In this document: one piece after another, positions 61,884 through 64,000 of the stretch | Layout: each line of letters opens with the position of its first letter | How positions within the stretch are numbered: the first letter of the stretch is position 1 | Source: Thecamonas trahens ATCC 50062 | Taxonomy: Eukaryota; Protista; Apusomonadida | Reading direction: 5' to 3' | Length of the DNA stretch: 64,000 bases | Assembly: GCF_000142905.1 (NCBI RefSeq) | Contig: NW_013657675.1 | Coordinates: 590,704 to 654,703, forward strand | Notes under the pieces: model-generated | Told to the model about the DNA's origin: nothing | The model's input: the letters and a program-made list of their open reading frames with translations, nothing else | Databases searched by the model: none | Translations under genes and position numbers: made by a program

Positions 61884-62981
61884 CTACATCAGGAGAAGCA
61901 AGCAAGGGATAGGCGGCAATGAGCATCGGCTGTGTTGGCGGTCTCCGCGATGTGCGAGGGCTGGTGGTGGCCGTTGTAGTGGGCCAGAGGCGGTGAAGCG
62001 AGTTGTCGAGGAGGGTGCATGAGGCAGTCGAAGGCACGGGCAGTTGTGAGCTACGGGGCGAGGTCGAGGGTGAGAGGGGGTGGGTGGGATTAGTCCAGAC
62101 AGTGGCTATGGGTGCGTCATCATCAGTCGGTGACGCTGTCTGTGAGTGAGGACGAGCAGATGAAGTGGGCTGGCGGCGGGTGGCGGAGGTGGTGGTGATG
62201 GCGACAATGACCACTCGCGCCAGGTCAACTGTCTCTGTGCCCCATACACTCGCTCTGCTGCCATCGCTCGTTCCTCTGGGATCCCAATCTCACGCCTGCA
62301 TCCTCGACCTCAACATCGTCCTCGGCCTGGCCGCTCGTTTGCTTGGGCTGTCGCTCACGTGGGCCCGCCCGGCAGCGATCCGGCGCCGGTGGGCATTCGC
62401 AGGAGCTGACTCGCTCGCGATGCATGGTTCATTGGGCCCTCTCCCTCGCCTATCGCTTGCACTTGCCCTCTCTTGTTATTCTTTGTCTTGGCCAGCCCGG
62501 TGGCTTCGTCGTCCTGTCGGTCCTCTCGCCACCAGCTGGGTTGGTTGACAGGTGGGCTGGGGCAGGATGGACAAGGCGGGGAGAAGGAGGGGAGAAGGAG
62601 GTGGGGCAAGGGACTGATGCCACTGGCACTTGTGTCACTACCCACATGCATCGTCTCCAATGCCCTGTCGATGGCTAGCTTGCTCTTGGTGGTGCCGGCA
62701 GTGGTCGGTCGGCTTGGGCGGCGATCGGTGGTGAGCAGCAGGAGGCCGGCAGCGATGCTGTTGACGGGATGGTGTCGGCTAATGTGCATATCAGCGGGCA
62801 GGAAGAGGGTGGCTATGTTTGCAGGCATAGTGAGTACGTGTGGCGTGGGTGTGGTGGTTGTGGGTGGTGATGGTGGGGAGTGGGGGTCGGAGATGGGCCC
62901 GGGGAGGAGGGGTCAGCAGCATCGAAGCGACACAGGGCCAACAACTTGGGCCTCGGGTGGCAGAACTCGGATTCCGGAATA

Positions 62982-63530
62982 CTACAGCTGTGGATTGGAG
63001 ACTGTGCAAGGGGGTAGTGTGGGCGTGTAGTAGGGTAGTAGTGAAATCAGATTGGGCATATCTTGCAATGAGTGTGGTGGGGGGCGTGTGTGGGGTCGGG
63101 CGGTCGAGGACGTGCTCAACCACCTAGGCCAAACAAGTCGACGCGAAAGTGAGCCGAGGAAGATGAGTGTCGATGACAGCGATATTGATACTGGTGATAG
63201 TGTGGGGTGTGTGATGACCTTGATTGTGGTCGTGGGTTGCGTAGCTGGTAGTGGGAAGGAGCTAGATGGTGATGAAGGTGGCTGATCGGGCGAGCGGGAG
63301 GCGGCTGGCGGGTGGTGGTCGACGAGGCGGGGACAGCTGAGGGGCCGGGTCGGGGCTGGGTGGCTCGAGATTGGTATTGGTTGGAGGACATGCAGTATGG
63401 CATGTGATGGTTGACGGATGCCGGTGTCGGGGTCGGGAATGAGGATGCGGGTGAGCTGGAGCGGGACGAGGAGGAGGAGGAGGAGGAAGAGGAAGCGGGT
63501 GCGCGATGGGATGGTGGTGGGCATGGCCAT
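62982..63530 (-). CDS. Possible signal-anchored hypothetical protein or fragment
   Basis: MAMPTTIPSRTRFLFLLLLLLVP start in an open frame, but low complexity and atypical codon usage. Confidence 0.2.
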   Translation of the reverse strand: MAMPTTIPSRTRFLFLLLLLLVPLQLTRILIPDPDTGIRQPSHAILHVLQPIPISSHPAPTRPLSCPRLVDHHPPAASRSPDQPPSSPSSSFPLPATQPTTTIKVITHPTLSPVSISLSSTLIFLGSLSRRLVWPRWLSTSSTARPHTRPPPHSLQDMPNLISLLPYYTPTLPPCTVSNPQL

Positions 63531-64000
63531 GGCATGGGGGTGGGAGTTGTGGCTGGGATGGAAGTGATGGTGGTGGGGTAGGGGTGAGGGTAGTGGTTGG
63601 GAGTGATCGGGCGTAATGAGTATGGTAGGGGGATGAGGGGGGTCGTGACGTGGATGGCGGGACTGGCGAAGAGGTGGCGGGTATGGAGGGCTTGAAAATT
63701 GATGTGGGTGGGTACGGTGAGGCTGATGGGTGTAACAACAACCAAAGTTCATACATGGCTTGCACAGCACACACATGAGAAAGTCAACAGGGACTGGGTA
63801 AAGCTGGCAGGCAATGGGATGAACTCGGGTGACGTTGAGGTCAATGAGGCAGGGCGCGGTTGATCGATCAGATCTGCAGATCAACCATGACCACGACACA
63901 ACAAGGTCAACACAAAATACATTGCATGAAAAACTACTGACCATGGCCAACGACAACAAAGTTGAGAATCGATAGTGTAGTGAGCAAGGCCCGATGGTGG

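Noticed and set aside
63211-63285. GTGATGA...CTGA C/D-like arrangement
   Set aside because: Best rRNA complement has internal mismatches, no D' box or terminal stem; G/T-rich background.

Overview
GC-rich, gene-dense, intron-poor nuclear DNA of a flagellated single-celled eukaryote. It carries CFAP61 and a SPAG8-like gene, GTACGT/GTACGC splice donors and C/G homopolymer-rich spacers; the style suggests an apusomonad such as Thecamonas, which is inference only. About 28 protein genes are visible: KIAA0930/DUF2045, F-box-TM protein, AAAP transporter, DegT-type aminotransferase, UCKL1, ATRX/ARIP4-like SNF2, GST-theta, SCO1, CFAP61, SPAG8-like, AP-1 mu, carboxylesterase, LMBR1-domain protein, small Tim, a ~4100-aa coiled coil, CSN2, TAF2, FANCF-like, SDHC, hexapeptide acyltransferase, NUS1, SPATA5L1-like AAA, CAP-Gly protein and several orphans. 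There are also two identical tandem tRNA genes, an intronic C/D snoRNA and one 363-N gap. The main leads are: (1) two tandem orphan Q/G/F/Y/P-rich proteins that share an invariant 29-aa motif, one hosting a snoRNA; (2) tRNA genes with a 6-nt anticodon-loop insertion, readable as Met(CAT) or, non-canonically, Asp(GTC); (3) a bacterial-type NDP-aminosugar aminotransferase and acyltransferase pair in a eukaryote. Draft-assembly artefacts are flagged (chimeric contig end, homopolymer frameshifts, missing AP-1 mu exon). All family assignments come from motif recognition by eye; no searches were run.
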